A stretch of DNA of 64,000 nt. Origin: Octopus sinensis. Taxonomy: Eukaryota. The DNA lies in assembly GCF_006345805.1 (NCBI RefSeq), contig NC_042998.1:181474001-181538000 (forward strand). The letters run 5' to 3'. Of the stretch, positions 12,864 to 64,000 are shown piece by piece. The stretch's first letter is position 1; the number at the start of each line of letters is the position of its first letter. The position numbers were made by a program, and so were the translations under genes. The notes beneath the pieces were generated by a model, which saw only the letters and a program-made list of their open reading frames with translations, was not told the origin of the DNA and did no database searches.

Positions 12864-14621
12864 GAAACTTTATTGCGACCTTCCATTCAACTTTCATCTA
12901 AGTTCCCGAATCCTTTACCATTGTTTAATTCAACCAATTCCTAGAAGTAACGTAGAACTTTATGTAACGTCGGAATGATACAAATCCAGAGTCCACCTAT
13001 AAGCTGATTGTGGTCTTGAGGAACATTTTCAAGAAGGAAAATGTTATGATCTGTGCAAATGTTCTTGTACCTCTCTACGTCAACTTCCTACATGGAGGAG
13101 AGCACTCGCAAGATCACAGATAGAGATTGATCCAACAATAAGAACAATAATAATTGATTTCCGATCACTTCATAGCCTTAGTAAGGAGGTGTAACAGGGT
13201 TGGTATGTTATTTTAGATTTAGCGGGGAAAATAGACAGGCTTTGAGGTCCTGATGAAATTCACCCTCAAAAATTTCTTCCCCGAAAACTGTAGCTCAAAA
13301 CTCAAAACACGAAAACTCAAATTGTCATAAAATATCTTTGGATTGCGCTTTTGACAATTTTTTAATCATATTTTCTTTCTACTTTACATATATGCACTTA
13401 TTTGAGCAATTTAGTGTGAATGAATTTTTAACAAATGTTCACCCCCTCAGCCGCTGTATCCTAAGCTTATAAATTAGCTTTGAGATATTAATCTTTAATT
13501 TCTTGAAATTGTCTGCATGTGTTGCATATGTATGTTTGCGCTGAATGGCTACATTTGTATACGTTTCATAAATAGGAGACAGAAGCACTCTTAAGACATA
13601 CATTAACCTATAAATTGGTATTGTATGGGACTATGTTGTCATGTTGCCCTTGCAAGATGTCTTCAAAGCCTCTATTCAGGACATATGTACAAATTCGATA
13701 GAGGGGATGATTTTACTCGTGGGTAAGCTCTATCCACTCACCTCAGACAGTGATGAGAGGGATTGTAGATGTTGGTGTTGCTGTTTTTATTGCTGTGCTG
13801 TATTTGGTCAGTCCTAATTAAGCAGATCTACAGTTTAAGACATCCGAGCTATGACCATCAATCTTTTGCTTAAGGCATATTATATCCAGGACTATTATGT
13901 AATGTTTCTTTCTTTTAAAAAAACATCAGGCTGTGATTTGAAGGAGACTTGGTTGATTCTTTAAGAAGATAGATACTAGAGGGTGTAGACATATTTACAT
14001 ATGTAGTTTAATGTGACAGAAAATAAGTGGTTAATGTAAATAAGGGAAAAGTAATGACTGGGCCCTTTACAGATCCTGGAATATGGAGAGTGGCTTGTCA
14101 GAAAAAATATCATTATTATATGCTGCAGCGGTGATATTGTAACGGATACTTTCTCAATGGAAAAGTAGACTCAGTGCCAATAAAATATGAGGAAATATTG
14201 CTATACAATGGATATAGGTGGATACGTAGTAATAATGCTGATATTCGTTATAGTAACTGTAGAAGAGGCATCGAGAGAATACATTATAAGGCGATCGATT
14301 AGACTTATGAAGATTTTTCGATAAGGGAGGCAGTTATCAATCAGGCAGAAAATGTAGCCATCCATCAGCGATTATTGGAAATTAATCTTAATTGCGAAAA
14401 ACATTAGTTAAAAAAAACTGTTAAACATTACTGAGGAAACCATTATCTCTGCAGCGATATATAAATAAATCACAACTAGCCAAAGAGGAAAACTCTAAAT
14501 AATTGCAAGACATGCTAGATATAGCTGTAAATATCCCTCAAATTCCACCTTCTCGTCTTATATATTGGAGAGACACATTAGGGGACATAGCCTTAGTTAC
14601 CAAAAAAAAAAAAAAGAAGGG

Positions 14622-63830
<49,209 letters not shown>

Positions 63831-64000
63831 CATGACATTTTGGGATGGAAAGAATAGTTGAGAACACGAAAAGGAAGAGAGTACTGTAGTGTGAATCATA
63901 TGTTTAGTATCAAGTATTGAAATGGCTGCGTGTATATTATTAGAAGAATTCTTACAAACAAGAAGAATAAATTTAAGAACTATATATTTACTACATAATT

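Noticed and set aside
14180-14300. FLYWCH/MULE-like peptide ILLYNGYRW
   Set aside because: Too short and lacks the Cys/His ligands

Overview
AT-rich, microsatellite-saturated animal genomic DNA. The SINE families and repeat landscape look like Octopus (inference). The supplied ORF track is mostly microsatellite noise and misses the real gene: a + strand spliced gene of 17-18 exons (about 14.6-63.8 kb). I reconstructed it by hand; all junctions are GT-AG and phase-compatible with no internal stop, giving about 700 aa of coiled-coil protein resembling the EVC/EVC2 (limbin) family. Introns and flanks hold tRNA-derived SINEs, mariner/Tc1 relics, RTE and CR1 fragments, and four R4/Dong-type LINE ends chained in (TAA)n. 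The most striking signal is RNA-structural. At least six unrelated short repeat families carry minimal type-I hammerhead ribozyme motifs with a palindromic stem III, typical of Penelope-like elements. Four fold-back palindrome families have their symmetry centre at or beside the ribozyme, and three families share a CCGAnGA core variant. A short RTE-derived element also begins with a decayed HDV-like ribozyme fold. No ribozyme activity or homology was tested; these are sequence-pattern calls.
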